Below are positions 53,431 to 54,541 of a stretch of 54,541 bases of DNA, in pieces. Position 1 is the stretch's first letter; each line of letters begins with the position of its first letter. This stretch comes from Anaerotignum sp. (GTDB lineage: Bacteria; Bacillota_I; Bacilli_A; Acholeplasmatales; Anaeroplasmataceae), in contig CAVEPF010000125.1 in assembly GCA_963617645.1 (NCBI GenBank), forward strand, positions 10,222 through 64,762, in the 5' to 3' direction. A program made the translations under genes and the position numbers. Under the pieces are notes generated by a model. The model had not been told where the DNA came from, ran no database searches, and saw only the letters and a program-made list of their open reading frames with translations.

Positions 53431-54541
53431 GTGGGTTTATATTTAAATCAAGATAATAAAAGATTTATAAGAAGTCTAAATACAGAGATATATGTCGATA
53501 AGAGTATGCTGATTAAAAGATGTAACAAATTAATAAACACAGAAAACTGTTTTATGTGTGTTACCCGTCCTCGTCGTTTTGGTAAAACAATGGCACTATC
53601 TATGCTTAATGCCTACTATTCTAAAGGCTGTAACTCCAAGGACCTTTTTAAAGGTCTTAAAATAGAAAATGATGAATCATATCTTACACATTTAAATAAA
53701 CATAACGTCATATGGATTGACATGGCTGAAATATATTTAAAATGTGATGATGTTAACGATTTTGTCAAAGTCTTAAAGAATTACATATTAAATGATTTAA
53801 GAGAAAAATATTTTGATGCTAAAATTGAAGGTATGATATTAGAAGATACAATCATAAAAATAAACGATACATTAAAAGAGAAATTTATATTTTTAATTGA
53901 TGAATGGGATGTTATATATAGAGAACAAGAAAAAAACACAAAAGTATGCGAAGAATATACAGAATTTTTAAGATCTCTTTTTAAATCAAGCACTGTATCT
54001 AGTTGTATAGATTTAGTCTATATGACTGGCATTCTACCTATTAAGCGTTATTCAACTCAATCTACCTTAAACATGTTTACAGAATATAACATGATTAATT
54101 CAAGAACAATAAACGAATTTATTGGATTTACTGAAGATGAAGTTAGAGATTTATGCGATAAATATAACAGGGATTTTAATGAAATTAAATCTTGGTATAA
54201 TGGTTATAAATTAAATGGTGTTGCTCTTTATAATCCCAAATCTGTAGTTGAGGCTGTAATAAACGGGGAATGTGATGATTATTGGACGCAAACATCAGCT
54301 ATTGAAGCTGTAACTGATTACATGAATTACGATAATGGTGAGCTAAAAGATATAATTGCTAAAATGATTGTTGGCGAATCTGTAAATGTCGATGTTTCAC
54401 TTTTTGAAAACGATTTAACTAAAATAGACTCTAGGGACGCAGCACTTACAGTACTTATTCATTTAGGTTATCTAGCATATGACAATATTGAAAAAAAGTG
54501 CTATATACCAAATTTTGAAATAAGACAAGAATTTGAACGCG
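53431..54541 (+). CDS. AAA-ATPase-like / PD-(D/E)XK (PDDEXK_9)-type protein, 3' end outside the window
   Basis: This ORF is absent from the ORF track because it runs off the window. It has a GTG start after an AGGTGA RBS and stays open to base 54541. The translation VTRPRRFGKTMALSMLNAYY (Walker A-like), FLIDEWD (Walker B-like), MTGILPIKRY and YNPKSVVEAVINGECDDYWTQTS is typical of this family, which is common in gut Firmicutes and Bacteroides. Confidence 0.85.
   Translation, partial: MGLYLNQDNKRFIRSLNTEIYVDKSMLIKRCNKLINTENCFMCVTRPRRFGKTMALSMLNAYYSKGCNSKDLFKGLKIENDESYLTHLNKHNVIWIDMAEIYLKCDDVNDFVKVLKNYILNDLREKYFDAKIEGMILEDTIIKINDTLKEKFIFLIDEWDVIYREQEKNTKVCEEYTEFLRSLFKSSTVSSCIDLVYMTGILPIKRYSTQSTLNMFTEYNMINSRTINEFIGFTEDEVRDLCDKYNRDFNEIKSWYNGYKLNGVALYNPKSVVEAVINGECDDYWTQTSAIEAVTDYMNYDNGELKDIIAKMIVGESVNVDVSLFENDLTKIDSRDAALTVLIHLGYLAYDNIEKKCYIPNFEIRQEFER

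Noticed and set aside
53781-53993. 70-aa minus-strand ORF listed in the track.
   Set aside because: It is antisense to the clearly homologous AAA-ATPase/PDDEXK_9-type gene on the plus strand.
1-54541. Searched for a CRISPR array, tRNA or rRNA genes, an integrase or recombinase, and a reverse transcriptase.
   Set aside because: I found none by eye. There are no regularly spaced direct repeats, no cloverleaf-like sequence in the intergenic regions (312-365, 1130-1322, 2359-2460, 7110-7226, 23326-23807, 40641-40983, 44049-44379, 53095-53430), and no matching protein motifs in any ORF.

Overview
This is a very AT-rich window (about 30% GC or lower by eye) that uses the standard genetic code. It looks like a low-GC Bacillota chromosome, possibly Erysipelotrichia- or Mollicutes-like, but that taxonomic guess is only an inference. 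Almost all genes lie on the minus strand.

Core content:
- A histidine-kinase 3' end, cvpA, an 80-nt minimal SRP RNA, tadA, tdk and rpmE.
- glnA, preceded by an ANTAR regulator gene and a leader carrying the two hexaloop hairpins plus a terminator.
- An SPFH/NfeD pair, yebC, an XRE regulator with a membrane protein, and an AEC transporter.
- A 10-gene pur operon (purEKLCFMNHDB, 10.2-23.3 kb) behind a guanine riboswitch.
- xfp (phosphoketolase), and a long cdaA-to-pgi operon that includes ispD and ispF.
- hflX, and the 5' part of an AAA-ATPase/PDDEXK_9-type gene.

Between the pur riboswitch and the xfp terminator (about 23.6-40.95 kb) lies an accessory block:
- An orphan 442-aa protein.
- Two tandem paralogous GT2 glycosyltransferases.
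- A tightly coupled four-gene operon (27801-39001) encoding proteins of 2016, 1138, 279 and 282 aa. They share a TasA/SipW-type N-terminal signal region, TasA/camelysin-like sequence motifs and beta-strand-like C-termini. The two large proteins also carry LRR modules.
- A 1.75-kb IS (DDE transposase) sits exactly between a consensus sigma-70 promoter and the operon's structured, terminator-containing leader.

I consider this operon the best candidate for an undescribed system, a putative fibre/adhesin apparatus. All functional assignments come from reading motifs by eye. No database search was run.
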